Source: Chiloscyllium plagiosum
Lineage: Eukaryota
DNA length: 61,925 nt
Direction: 5' to 3'
Assembly: GCF_004010195.1 (NCBI RefSeq)
Contig: NC_057728.1
Location: forward strand, 53,927,237-53,989,161
The position numbers were made by a program, and so were the translations under genes. Below, one piece after another: positions 10,870 through 22,679 of the stretch (within the stretch, counting starts at the first letter, position 1; each line of letters begins with the position of its first letter). A model generated the notes under the pieces. That model was not told the DNA's origin and did not search any database. It was given only the letters and a program-made list of their open reading frames with translations.

Positions 10870-13650
10870 GGAGTCATGGAACATAGAACAGTGCAGCAGA
10901 GTACAGGCCCTTTGGCCCTCGATGTTGTGCCAACCTTTTATCCTATTCTAAGATCAAACTAAGCTACATACTTTTAATTTTACTATCATTCATGTGCCTA
11001 TCCAAGAGTCACTTAAATATCCCTAATCTATCTGACTCTACTGCCACTGCTGGCAGTGCACTCCATACACCCACCACTCTCTGTGTAAAGAACTGACCTC
11101 TGACACCTCCCCTAAACCATCCTCCAATCACATTAAAATGATGACCCCCTTGTGATTGCCATTTCTGTCCTGGAAAAAAGGTCTCTGACTATTCACTCTA
11201 TCTATGCCTCTCATCATCTTGTACACCCCTATCAAGCCACCTCTCATCCTACTTCACTCCAATGAGAAAAGCCCAAATCCCTCAACGTTTCTTCATAAGA
11301 CATGCCCTCCTGCGCAGGCAGCATCCTGGTAAATCTAGTTTACACCCTCTCTAAAGTTTCCACATTCTTCCTATAATAAGGCGACCAGAACTGAATACAA
11401 ATTTCCAAGTGTGGTCTAACCAGGGCTCTATAGGGCTGCAGCATAACCTCATGGCTCTTAAATTCAATACCATTTCTAATGAAAGCCAAAACATCATATA
11501 CCTTCTTAATAATCCTATCAATTTGGGTGGGAAATTTGACGGATCTATGAGCATGGACCCCAAGGTCCCTCTGTTCCACTACACTGCCAAGAATCCTGCC
11601 TTTTACCCTGTATTCTGTATTCAAACTCGATCTTCCAAAGTGAAGCACATCTGCCACTTGTCAGCCCAGTTCTGCATCTTGTCAATGTCCCATTACAGCC
11701 TACAACAGCCCTCCACACTATCAACAACCCCACCAATCTTCATATCATCAGCAAACTTACCCACCCTTCCACTTCCTCATCCAAGTCATTAATAAAAATC
11801 ACAAAGAGCAGAGATCCCAGAACCGATCCCTGCAGAACACCACTGGTCACCAAGCTTCAGGCTGAATACTTTTCATCTACCACCACCCTCTGTCTTCTAT
11901 GGGCCAGCCAATTCTGTATCAAGACAGATAGATTTCCCTGTATCCCATGCCTCCTTACTTTCTGAATGAGCCTACCATGGTGAACCTTATGAAATGCCTT
12001 GTTAAAACCCATGTACACCACATCCACTGCTCTACCTTCATCAATGTGTTTTGTCACATCCTCAAAGAATTCAATAAGGCTTATACATGCCCCTCACAAA
12101 GCCCTGCTGACCATCTCTAATCAAACTATGGTTTTCCAAGTACTGTAATCATAAATCCTGTCTCCCAGAATCCTCTTCAATAATTTGCCCACCACAGATA
12201 TAAGACTAATTAGTCTGTAATTCCAAGAATTATCCCTATTCCCTTTCTTGAACAACTTTTGCCACCCTCCAGTTGTCTGGTACTATTTCAGCGGACAGTG
12301 AGGATGCAAAGATCATTACCAAAGAGGCAGCAATCTCTTCCCTCGCTTCCTGTAGCAACCTTGGGTATATCCCATCTGGCCCAGGGGTCTTATCTAATTC
12401 TTATGTCTATTGCTATGGCAACAGACTTTTTCAAAATTTTCAGCACATCCTCCTTCTTAACATCTACCTGTTTGAGCAAATCAGCCTGTTTCACGCTGTC
12501 CTCACAAACATCATGGTCCCTCTCAGTCGTGAATACTGAAGTGAAGTATTCATTAAGGACCTCCCCTACCTCCTCTGACTCCAGGCACAAGTTTCCTCCA
12601 CAATCCCTGATCAGCCTCACCTTCACTTTGGCCATCCTCTTGTTCCTCACATAAGTGTAGAATGCCTTAGGGTTTTCTGTAATCTTACCCACTAAAGCTT
12701 TTTCATGCCCCCCTTCCAGCTCTCCTAAGTCCATTCTTCAGTTCCTTCCTGGGTACCTTGTAAGCCCTGATGCCTGCTCAACCTTAAGTAAGCTTCATTC
12801 TTCCTCTTGACTAGATGTTCTACATTCCTTGTTACCCAAGGTTCCTTCACCTCAGCATCCCTTCCTTGCCTCCGTGGGATAAACCTATTGAGCATTATCA
12901 ACCAGTGGGCTCCCTAAACAACCTCCACATTTCTGTTGTGCATTTCCCTGAGAACATCTGTTTCCAATTTAGGCATCCCAGTTCCTGCCTGATAGCATTG
13001 TAATTCCCCCTTCCCCAATTAAATACTTTCCCACACCGTGTGCTCCTATCCCTCTCCATAAGTATAGTAAAGGTCAGGGAGTTGTGATCACTATCACCGA
13101 AATGCTCTCTCACCAAGCGATCTGACACCTGGCCTGGTTTGTTGCCAAGCACCAAATCCAATATGGCCTCCCCCTAGTTGGTCTATCTACATACTGAGTC
13201 AGGAATCCTTCCTGGACACACCTGACAAAAACTGCTTTATCCAAACTATTTGAAATAAAGAGGTTCCAATCAAAATTAGGGAAGTTAAAGTCACCCATGA
13301 CAGCAACCCTGTTATTTCTGCACCTTTCTAAAATCTGCCTCCCAATCTGCTCCTCTCAGTCTCTGTTGCTATTGGGGATGGGAGGTGTTGGTGGAAGGGT
13401 CTGCAGAAAACTCCCAATAAACTGACTGCTCCTTCCCTGTTTTTGACTTCTCCTCATACTGACTCTAAAAACAAACCCTTCTCGACGAGCTCCCTTTCTA
13501 CAGCTGTGATATTATCATTGATTAGCAAAGCCACTCCCCCACCTCTTTTACCTCCCCCACTCTTCCTTTTGAAACATCTAAAACCCTGGAACATCCAGCA
13601 ACCATTCCTACCCCTGTGACATCCAAGTCTCCGTAATGGCCACAGTATCA
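10870..13650 (-). mobile_element. CR1 LINE ORF2 pseudogene (APE endonuclease and RT, internally deleted) with 3' tail
   Basis: Minus-strand motifs GGGKRGGGVALLI, MGDFNFPNFDW, LDLVLGN-like...LFGDSDHN-like, KITENPKAFYTYV, VDVVYMGFNKAFHKVHHGRL, LVRPHLEICIQFWSPYYRK; many stops and frameshifts. Confidence 0.95.
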
Positions 13651-13689
13651 TTGCAATCTGAGGTTGACATCCTGCCTGCCCTTCCATTT

Positions 13690-13935
13690 ATGTTAATAAA
13701 TCCTGTGGCAGCATTTTGAAGAAGAGCAGGTAAATTATCTCAATGCTCTACTGAAGATTTACCCCTCAACCAACATTACTCATATAGATTATTCAGCATT
13801 ATTGCTATTTGTGGGATTTGCCAAGGGTAATCCGGTTACATTGTGACACATTTCAAAGAGAAGTGCATTGGGTGTAAAGCAATTTGGGAACTCCACAAGA
13901 TATGAAAGGCACCATATCAATGCATATCTCCTCTT
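13690..13935 (+). mobile_element. DeuSINE-like fragment
   Basis: atcctgtggcagcattttgaagaagagcagg...tttacccctcaaccaacattact...gaaaggcaccatatcaatgca. Confidence 0.6.
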
Positions 13936-13959
13936 ATATTCAGGATGGAATAATCAAGA

Positions 13960-14412
13960 GAGATGGGACTATTTTAGTTTGGGACTATGTTCGCACAGAC
14001 TGGTTGGACCGAAGGGTCTGTATCCATACTGTGTGACTCGATGAGCCTATAAGAGGTGACCAAAATCTTGGTCAAAGGGTTTCCCAATTAAGGACAGGCA
14101 GTGAAACAAAGACAGTCAGAATCCTGGAGACTACTGAAGCTTCTGCAACCCACTTAAAGGCAGGACAGAAATAAGGCAAAATTTCTTTTGCCAGAGAGTA
14201 GTGAATTTGTAGCATTCATTGCCACAGAAGGCTGTGGAGGCCAGGTATATTTAAAACAGAGATAGCTAAGTTCTTGATTGCCATGGAGATCAAAGGTTAT
14301 GGGGAGAAAACGGGAAAATGGGGTTGAAAAACCTATCAGCCAGGATTGAATGGCAGAGCAGACCCAATGGGCTGAATGGCCTAACTTCTGCTCCTATGTC
14401 TTATGGTCCTAT
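13960..14412 (+). mobile_element. Two CR1 3' end fragments
   Basis: gactggttggaccgaagggtctg tail at ~14000 and gaatggcagagcagacccaatgggctgaatggcctaacttctgctcctatgtcttatgg tail at ~14350. Confidence 0.7.
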
Positions 14413-15612
14413 GGATGCCTAAAGACTCCAGCTTTGATTGCAAGTAAACCCTCAAACTGAGGGGTTAATAAGTAGACTTTTTTTATCTTTGTTGCTCCAG
14501 TTGTTTATTCATTGTGATGCAAGAGAAGACATTGAAGATAAAAGCTACTCTGTCCTTAATCCTATTAGAGAACTACCTCCTGCCCAATTAACAATATACC
14601 CAGAACACAAAACAAAGGTTCATCAAGGTAGGACTGGGATAAAGACTTGACAAGATTTAGAAACAAAAACAAGGATTTTGAGTTTAATTTTATTATACAA
14701 AAGCAAACTGTCACTGTAATGATAGCATGGAAATTCTAAGATAAAAACAAATATTAATTTGGTTTCCCATCATTTTCTAAACAAAGCTGTTTACAAAATT
14801 AAATTATTAGGAAGTGACTCCAAAGGTTGATTGAATACAACATACCTTCCAGGACCAGTGCCTGATCTTGCCCTCGAATGCTGAATCCCTCAGGTTGGTT
14901 TTGAACTGCAAGGGTAAATGTCAGTTGTGACTCAGATACAGCTCTCTCAGCTCAGACTTGCAAGGCCTATTCGAGTCCTATTCCATGGTTTAAGGGCAAA
15001 AAATCGAAATGCTCATGTGCAGTACTAAGGGAGTGCTATCCTGTTAGTGGAATTATCTTGTGGAGAAGATGTTCTGAAAGGTTAATAGTGAGGGAGTGCC
15101 ATAAGCAGCACTCACTTTGATGACAACATGTGGGCAGAACAACTTAGGATCTTGCTGGAGAGAGATCTAACATCTGATCCCCCTCAAGGTCTTTGTAACA
15201 ATGTTGATCATATCATTATAACCTATAAGTCATTGCTGGCATGCAATAAAGTATATTTTGCTAACGTCAAGAGACCTCTCGAGTTAGACCAGGAAGTAGT
15301 TTTCCTCAATCACACTACACCATACCAGCCCTGTAACTTCCAACACTTAGAGGATGGTGGCAGCAACTTTTAACAGCAACTCATACAGTGTGGTTTGGCC
15401 AGAAAACACCAAAATCCCACTGGCCTACTTAGTGAAAGTAATTTGATTGATTTGTCACCCTTTTCGATGAAGGTCATGGGTGTTATGCCTGGTGCCCTGG
15501 CCAATATTTATCCCTGAATCAGTTTTATAAAAAGCAGGATCTGACCATCGTCATATTGCTATTTGATAGGGGAACTTGCTGAATGGAAATTGTGTTTATT
15601 TTGTTATGCATG

Positions 15613-15960
15613 GAGGAGGCGATGGTGAGGTGGTATTATCACTTGACTGTTAATTCAGACACCCAGATAATGTTCTGTGAACCTGAGTTCAAATCCTGAC
15701 ACAGCATATTAAATTTTAAAACTAGTCTGGAATTAAGAGTCTAATGATGACCATGAATCCATTGTTGATTATCAGGAAGAACCCATCTTGTTCAGTAATG
15801 CCCTTTAGGGGAAGGAACTGCGATTCTTAATCTGATCTGGCCTACATGTGACTTCAGACCCACAGCAATGTGGTCAACTCTTAAACTACTCTCTGGGTCC
15901 TAGACAATAAACACTGGCCTATGCAATGGCACCCTCCTCCTGTGAATGAATAAAGAAAAA
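15613..15960 (+). mobile_element. tRNA-derived SINE, second family, nested in a DeuSINE-like copy
   Basis: A/B-box-like head (ggtgaggtggtatta...gagttcaaatcc), body ctggcctacatgtgacttcagacccacagcaatgtgg; homologues at 21870, 36830, 45370, 48960(-), 51580(-), 54412. Confidence 0.7.
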
Positions 15961-16229
15961 TTAACAATGGCTACACTGATTGGCTGAAATGTGCTGTCAG
16001 ATGTCTGGGGGGGTCATGAAAAGAGCTACATAAATGCAATTCTGTTTGTTTCATTTTTGTAAAATATACTTTTTCCTACTAAGTTTTCCTTTTTTTAATG
16101 TAAAAATAACTTTCATTCACATAGTACCTTTCACAAGCTCAGTTTGTCCCAAAAAGCAGTTAATTACTTTTGAAGTGCAGTCATTGCTATAAATTAAGAA
16201 CAGTTTGTGGACAGCATGATTCCACAAAT

Positions 16230-16905
16230 ACTTCTCCTGGTATGGAGGGATTGTCTTATAAACAAAGGTTTAAACAGATTGGGGCACTATTCTTATGGGG
16301 TTTGACAGGTAAATGCTGAGAGGATACATCACTTTGGGTGGCATAGTGGCTCAGTAGTCAGCACTGCTGCCTCACAGTACTGGAGATCGGGGTTCAATTC
16401 CAGCCTCAGCTGAATATTTGGAGTTTGCACATTCTCCCGTGTCTACGGGAGGGTGCTCCAGTTTCCTCAGACATTCCGAATATGTGCAAGTTCGGTGGAC
16501 GGGCCGTGGTAAATGCCTTAATGGGGGGATGTGGGTCTCTGTTGGATACTCTTCAGAGGGTCAGTGCAGACTTGATGGGCTGAATAGCCTCTATCTGCAT
16601 TGTAGGAATTCTATGAAGTTAATTGGATTGTCTAGGATCAGTGGGCAGGTTCTCAGAAATAAGGAGAACCTATTTAAGACTGAGATGAGGAGAAATTTCT
16701 CCTTTCTGAGGGTTGTGTGTATTTGGAACTCCTTGCCGCAGAGATCTGTGGAGACGTTGATTCTTGATCAGTCGGGAAACAAACGCTATGAGGAAGGGAC
16801 AGAAATGCGGATGTTCAAAGTGTCCAATCAGCTATCGTCCTATTGAATGCAGGCTTGAGGGGCTGAATAGCCTCCTCCCATTCCTTTTTCTAATGGTGTT
16901 ATAGT
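16230..16905 (+). mobile_element. CR1 3' end split by HE1 SINE
   Basis: ggtatggagggattgtcttat before the SINE; FKTEMRRNFSFLRVVCIWNSLPQR after it. Confidence 0.75.
16336..16613 (+). mobile_element. HE1 SINE
   Basis: gggtggcatagtggctcagtagtcagcactgctgcctcacag...ggagtttgcacattctcc...tgtaggaattcta. Confidence 0.85.
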
Positions 16906-18735
16906 CTAAATGCTGTTTAATGGCAGAACCAGGAGGGACTATGGGCAGATCTGCAATAAGAAGAGAAGATTTGCATTTCTGTGGGACCTTTCTGCATTTC
17001 TGTGGCACCTTTATGACCTCCTCAGGATGCCCCCAAGTGAGGTGCAGTTATTGCTGTGAGGTAGGTAAAAACTGCAGTCATTTTGTGTACAATAAGGAGC
17101 TTGTCCTTCTAAAACAGTAACATTACAGGACACAGTTCTGCTAAAAAAGCAACAGACAAACAAAAGGACCTCCTCAGGATATTATTATATCGTACATTTT
17201 GTCAAATGGAAATAGATTTAACGAACACTTTTCCACAGATTTTAATTACACGAATGAATCACAGTTTCCACCTTCCTCCCCAGAAATAAAGCTTTAGACT
17301 GTCTGCTCCGCCCTGGTACAGTTTGTGCTGGTATCCACCCTCTCTCTCATCACCTCTTAGGAAAATGATTTGTATTTCTATCTTTTCATAACCTCAGGAC
17401 CTCCCAGAGCTTTCCTGAAGCAATGTTGGGTCATCATCACATGTTCTCAATAGGACACGTGGCAATCAATTTGCACATAGCAAGCTCCAAAAGATCACAG
17501 AGGATCACAAGGGAATCTGATGAGAGATAAATATTGGCCCCTAGACTTAATGAGACCTCACTTTGACATCTCCCTCCAGTGACAACACTCATTCAGGCGT
17601 GCACTACAGATTTGTGCTGACACCACAATCTTTTCCCTCGAAAGTAAAAATGGTACTTGTTGAGCTATGATTAACACGCAATACCTACAATCGGAAAGAT
17701 TTGCAGCCACACTCATTATTTTACCTCATTGACCTCCTACTTGGATAATAACCTCCCAAGAGTCTTCCTTCCTGTTCTCTGGCCTCATCCTCTGCACATC
17801 CCCCACATACAGGCAGACATGGCAAAAGCGGCTTTTTGCACGTCTCCTGTTTCACACTCTGTAAGATGTTAAGGTTTTATGTGTAAACAGCCTTATTTCT
17901 GTATTTGCCACTGGTTCTATCTTGTTTATTTTCTGTTGGTGTTCTCTGTTTCTGCAGCAGCTCCTGTCTATACATGGGAATGTTCAAATTGCTCTTTAAT
18001 GGTTGTTTAATTATATGCTCTGTGTTGTTTGTTGCTAAGACCCATCATTAAGTTTGCACTTGCATGCATTCTGTACTGTCCATGTACTTACACTTCTAGG
18101 CTTGGTCTCGAGCTCTGTACTATTATTATGTTCTCTTATCTTTGTACAATCTTAAAGAAGTTGAACTATGTATATGTCAGCTATGGCTCAGTGGGTAGTC
18201 ATCTTGCCTGTGAGTCAGGAAGTTGTCTATTTCAGTCCTCACATTTGAGTACAAACTGAGGGCAGTGCCCAGCACGCCATCATAGATTGTACCTGTCCTG
18301 ACCTTGAGCAATCAAGCCCATTTTCACTCGTTATCAATTTTTGGAGAAATATTGTCTGATTGTGTTTCTAATTTAGAAACAGTATCAGATTCTGTTCAAA
18401 AAAGTCTCCATGGCAGTGGATATTTTAATAGATCAGGGTTCGAACTTGTGAAATGTTTAATTACAAAATTATGAAACTGCACCAAAAGTCTTATTCAATC
18501 AAAAGTTGTAACGGTTTAGAATTGCACAGGTCTGACCTGCGAAATGATTTCATGCGTCATTGTCCATCACTCACCAACTGATCACGCAAGCTGTAGAGAT
18601 GTGTATATCAGGGAAGGAGCTCATTGAGGAACTTCACTGTTTTGAAATTATTTTGCTATTAAGGATTTGAATTTATTTTAAGAACAGAAGAATTCGTCAT
18701 TAACATAGAATATGCAGGCTGACATACATTATAGA

Positions 18736-18971
18736 GGTGAAAGTGAAGGCTGCAGATGCTGGAGATTAGAGTCAAGAGTGTGGTACTGGAAAAGCACAGC
18801 AGGTCAGGCAGCATCAGAGGAGCAGGAAAATCAACGTTTCGGGCAAAAGGCCTTCACCAGGAAGAAGGGAAGAATGGGCTTCCTGATGAAAGGCTTTTGC
18901 CTGAAACGTCGACTCTCCTGCTCCTCGGATGCAGCCTGACCTGCTGTGCTTTTCCAGCACCACACTCTCGA
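18736..18971. mobile_element. PLE family B fold-back pair of terminal repeats
   Basis: ~18772-18864 is the reverse complement of ~18879-18971 with a short purine-rich spacer. Confidence 0.8.
18879..18914 (+). ncRNA. Minimal type I hammerhead ribozyme
   Basis: CUGAUGA-A-AGGC-UUUU-GCCU-GAAA-CG-UC; core intact, predicted cleavage after C18910. Confidence 0.7.
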
Positions 18972-18979
18972 TGCATTTA

Positions 18980-19110
18980 AAGAGTCATAGAGTCATACAG
19001 CACAGAAACAGACCCTTCGGTCCAATTAGTCCATGCCGACCATAATCCCAAACTAAACAATCCCACCTCCCTGGTCCTGGTTCATATCCCTACAAACCTT
19101 TCCTATTCAT
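18980..19110 (-). mobile_element. CR1 3' tail
   Basis: gagtcatagagtcatacagcacagaaacagacccttcggtccaa, as at 2858 and 34540. Confidence 0.8.
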
Positions 19111-19233
19111 TTCTTTAAACTGATTCAGGACAGAATCTATTTTGAAAAAAAGTGAACTAATTAGAGGGCTTGAAATGGTTACACCCATATTTGTGACTGA
19201 ATGGATGCTGCACAGAAATTCATAAATACATAA

Positions 19234-19535
19234 TTAGATTACTTACAGTGTGGAAACAGGCCCTTCGGCCCAACAAGTCCACACCGACCCGCTGAAGCGC
19301 AACCCACCCATACCCCTACATTTACCCCTTTAACCTAACACTACGGGCAATTTAGCAAGGCCAATTCACCTGACCTGCACATCTTTGGAGGAAACCGGAG
19401 CACCCGGAGGAAACCCACGCAGACACGGGGAGAATGTGCAAACTCCACACAGTCAGTCGCCTGAGTCGGGAATTGAACCCGGGTCTCTGGCGCAGTGAGG
19501 CAGCAGTGCTAACCACTGTGCCACCATGCCGCCCC
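19234..19535 (-). mobile_element. HE1 SINE, full length, little diverged
   Basis: Minus: ggggcggcatggtggcacagtggttagcactgctgcctcac...ggttcaattcc...acactgtaagtaatctaa. Confidence 0.92.
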
Positions 19536-20283
19536 ATCTCTTGCTTTTGATTACTTTTGGCATTTGCAAAAATGCTACATAAATATAATTCTCTCAGTTT
19601 TACTTGGTTAAAGCACTTGAAACATCATAACATTCAAGACAATGTGTCCAGTGCTGGGAGGTGGGACTAGTGTAGATTTGGTAATTTGGGCTTGATGGGC
19701 TGAAAGGCCTCTCGTCTACTGCATGATACATTGACTCAATTGCAAAGAGTGAACTGAAGATTGGGACAGTGAAACCAAAATCAAAGTAGAGAATGGAAAC
19801 AGAGAAAGACACAGTTTGGCTTGAATTGCAATTTGTTTTAAATGTAATCTTTTGTAATCATGTGGCTGCTACTGTAAGGCACACCCTGTAGGCATACATC
19901 TTAAGCATTGCTTCAATGAAGTCCATGTGTTGAACACATTGCTGTGTTGTACACTCAATGTATGATGAGTTAAAATGGAAGTGGTGAGTTAAAATGGAAA
20001 AGCAGAGCTGCTGTTAACAGCCAGTAACGGAGAGAGAAAAAAACAAAGATCTCAGTAAAAGCACTGATGAAGAAACAGTGGATGCATCATTTTCCCTATC
20101 TTCTCCTATTCAAATGACTGGGATATGAGGTAAGGCTGAGAATTCTTTCACGAACAGCGGCAGAATTATGCAATAGCAGCAAATCTTTTGAACAAAACAG
20201 ATCAAGTACAAGTCACCATATTTTTTATCATTTTGGGGAAGAAACTGTTTACAAAATATTTTCCATCTTACATTTCTCTAAAC

Positions 20284-21037
20284 CACAGAATCCCTAAAAT
20301 GCAGAAAAAGGCAGCTCTGCTTTTCCATTTTAACTCATCACTTCCGCCACCAGATTAGATTAGATTAGATTCCCTACAGTGTGGAAACAGGCCCTTCAGC
20401 ACAACAAGTCCACACCAACCCTCTGAAGAGTAACCCACCCCGATCCCTTCCCCTATCCTATATTTACTAATGCACCTAACACTATGAACAATTTTGCATG
20501 GCCAATCCACCTGACCTACACATCTTTAGATTGTGGGAGGAAACCGGAGCAGCCGGAGGAAACCCACACAGACACGGGGAGAATGTGCAAACTCCACACA
20601 GTCAGTCGCCCGAGGCAGGAATCGAACCTGGGTCCCTGGCGCTGTGATATATTGAGTGTACAACACAGCAATGTGTTCAACACAAGGACCTCATTGAACT
20701 AAAGCTTAAGATATCTGCCTACAGGATGTGCCTTATGAAGGTTCAGTGCAGAAACAGGCCATTTGGCCATCGAGTCTGCACTGACCCTCTGCAAACCATC
20801 GCACACCAACTCAGCACACCCACCCTATTACCTGCATTTCCCACGGCTAACCCATCTAGCCTGCACATCCCTGGACACTATGGGCAATTAAGTATGGCCA
20901 ATCCACCTTTAGGCTGTGAGAGGAAACCCACACAGACCCAGGGAGAATGTGCAAGCTCCTCACAGACAGTCAACCAAGGCTGGAATTGAACCCAGGGCCC
21001 TGGCACTGTGAAACAGCAGTGCTAACCATTAAGCCAC
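20284..21037 (-). mobile_element. HE1-like SINE carrying an internal insert (20312-20742)
   Basis: Tail cacagaatcccta at 20284 resumes as cagtgcagaaacaggccatttgg at 20744; head ...cagcagtgctaaccattaagccac at ~21015-21037. Confidence 0.75.
20352..20646 (-). mobile_element. HE1 SINE, nested, head truncated
   Basis: (agatt)n tail, V-domain, ends at ccctggcgctgtg. Confidence 0.9.
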
Positions 21038-21528
21038 TCAGCAGAGAAAACAGATAGCACAAATTTTTAAACTTTAAAGATATGTCTTGAGCTCCAATTG
21101 AATGTTACATGTGAACAATACTGGTGATCCGTGTGATAAAGAATCCATTGATCATTGTGTAACCCAGCTTGCAAAAACCCTGTGAATTTGAATAATTCAA
21201 GGATGAGCTAGTTAGAGACAGAATTGTATTACAAATAATGAATCCAAAAGTGAAAGCACACCTACTGAGGGAGGGCAAACCTACATTCAGGAGAGCAACT
21301 GATCTCTGCAGATATGCTGAGGTTAGAAATCAAAACCTTGAGCAGATTCATGCCAGAGCAAAGCAAGTCTTGCATTATTCTGACAGATACTCCAAGTACA
21401 CAGAGCAGAACAGTCATTGGCAAACAGCAGGATGCAAATACTTGCAAAAGGGGAGAAGGCATGCGGGGAAAGCAGTGTTCTCATTCCAAGAAGCTGAATC
21501 ATTTTGTACTTAAGTGTATGGCAGAAAA

Positions 21529-21850
21529 GATTTGATTTGATTTAGTATTGTCACATGCACGGAGATTCAGTGAAATGTATTGTTTTACTTGCTAACCGGA
21601 CAAGTCATACCTGACATAAATACAGCAGGGTGATAGGACAGAATGCAGAATGTAGTGTTATAGCTAGAGAGAAGGTGGAGAGAAATGTGAGAGCTCTGTT
21701 TGTAAGTCTGATAGCAGCGGGGAAGAAGTTGCTCTTAAATCTGTTTTCAAACCTTTGTATGTTCCGCCCAATGGAAGAGGGTGAAAGAGAGTATAACCAA
21801 ATAACTACAGATGGCCACTGGATGGATAATGGCTGAAGGTTCTGATGAAC
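21529..21850 (-). mobile_element. Rex1/Babar-type LINE 3' end
   Basis: Minus ORF NRFKSNFFPAAIRLTN matches the Rex1/Babar C-terminal RxxNSFFPxAIRLLN; 3' UTR tttcactg...gtgacaata followed by (aaatc)n. Confidence 0.75.
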
Positions 21851-21869
21851 CACTATACATCATAGGGGA

Positions 21870-22182
21870 GCTTCAAGGTACTATCACTGGACTCGTAATC
21901 CAGTGCCTCAGTATTGTCGAGGGGCGGCTGGGTTCAATTGACAGATAATGAAATTTGAATTCAATCAAAAAGTCTTGAATTAAGAATCTTACTGATGACC
22001 AAGAAACCAATGTAAATTGTCAGAAAAGTCCATCTGGTCCATTAACCCCCTTTTGGGCCTTTCTTACGTGCTCTGGCCTACATGTGACCCATAGCAACGT
22101 AGTTGACATTTAACTGCATTCTGTGCAGTTAGGGATGAGCAATAATTGTTACTCTGACCAGTGACCTACCACGTGAATAAAA
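21870..22182 (+). mobile_element. tRNA SINE, second family
   Basis: cactggactcgtaatccag...gaaatttgaattcaat...ctggcctacatgtgacc. Confidence 0.7.
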
Positions 22183-22679
22183 ATCAACAGTTTAGTTCAG
22201 TCAGGTCGAGAGGTGAGATATGGTTTGTTAGTGAGAGTTGGAATAAAGACTGCGCATGGAGAACATCAAGTCAACGTAAATATCAGATACTGGTGTGTCA
22301 GTCATCCTCATAATCCTCACAGACACTGGACAAAGTGGCCCAATGTGGAAAGCTAAAAAGAAAGCCCTCAAAAGTAAGATTAAGGTTTTATAACGGTACA
22401 GTATTCATGCCCAGAAGGATTACTCTGTGAGCCCATTGCAATTATATGAATGAGGATCCGGAGTTCCGGATCAGTGATGCCAAAGATATGCCACTCATCT
22501 CAACTAAGAGCAAGCTTGGATGGTAACCCGCAACATGCCAAAGAGATCTGTCACAGTGTATTAAACTATCGACCATGGAACACATCCTGGGTGAGTACAA
22601 AGAGAAAAGGTCGTGGAGTCACACAGCATAGAAACAGGTCCTTTACCCACCGTGCCCATGACAACCAATAACCCTGTGT

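Larger units (their letters stand above)
20075..22603 (+). mobile_element. Fragmented Ty3/Gypsy gag-protease fossil (segments ~20075-20282, ~21038-21528, ~22200-22603)
   Basis: Across frameshifts: SPIQMTG...EQRQNYAIAANLLNKTDQVQVTIFFIILGK; KESIDHCVTQLAKT-CEF..KDELVRDRIVLQIMNPKVKAHLLREGKPTFRRATDLCRYAE; degenerate CCHC knuckle GKQCSHSKKLNHFVLKC; protease-like DTGVS and SKVRLRFYNG; TMEHILGEYK. Confidence 0.75.

Noticed and set aside
10870..13650. Active CR1 LINE
   Set aside because: Many stops, frameshifts and internal deletions; no ORF1 or 5' UTR.
19490..19535. tRNA genes at SINE heads (also 2400-2468, 37168-37235, 54260-54323)
   Set aside because: A/B boxes run straight into V-SINE body and LINE-derived tail; these are SINE promoters.
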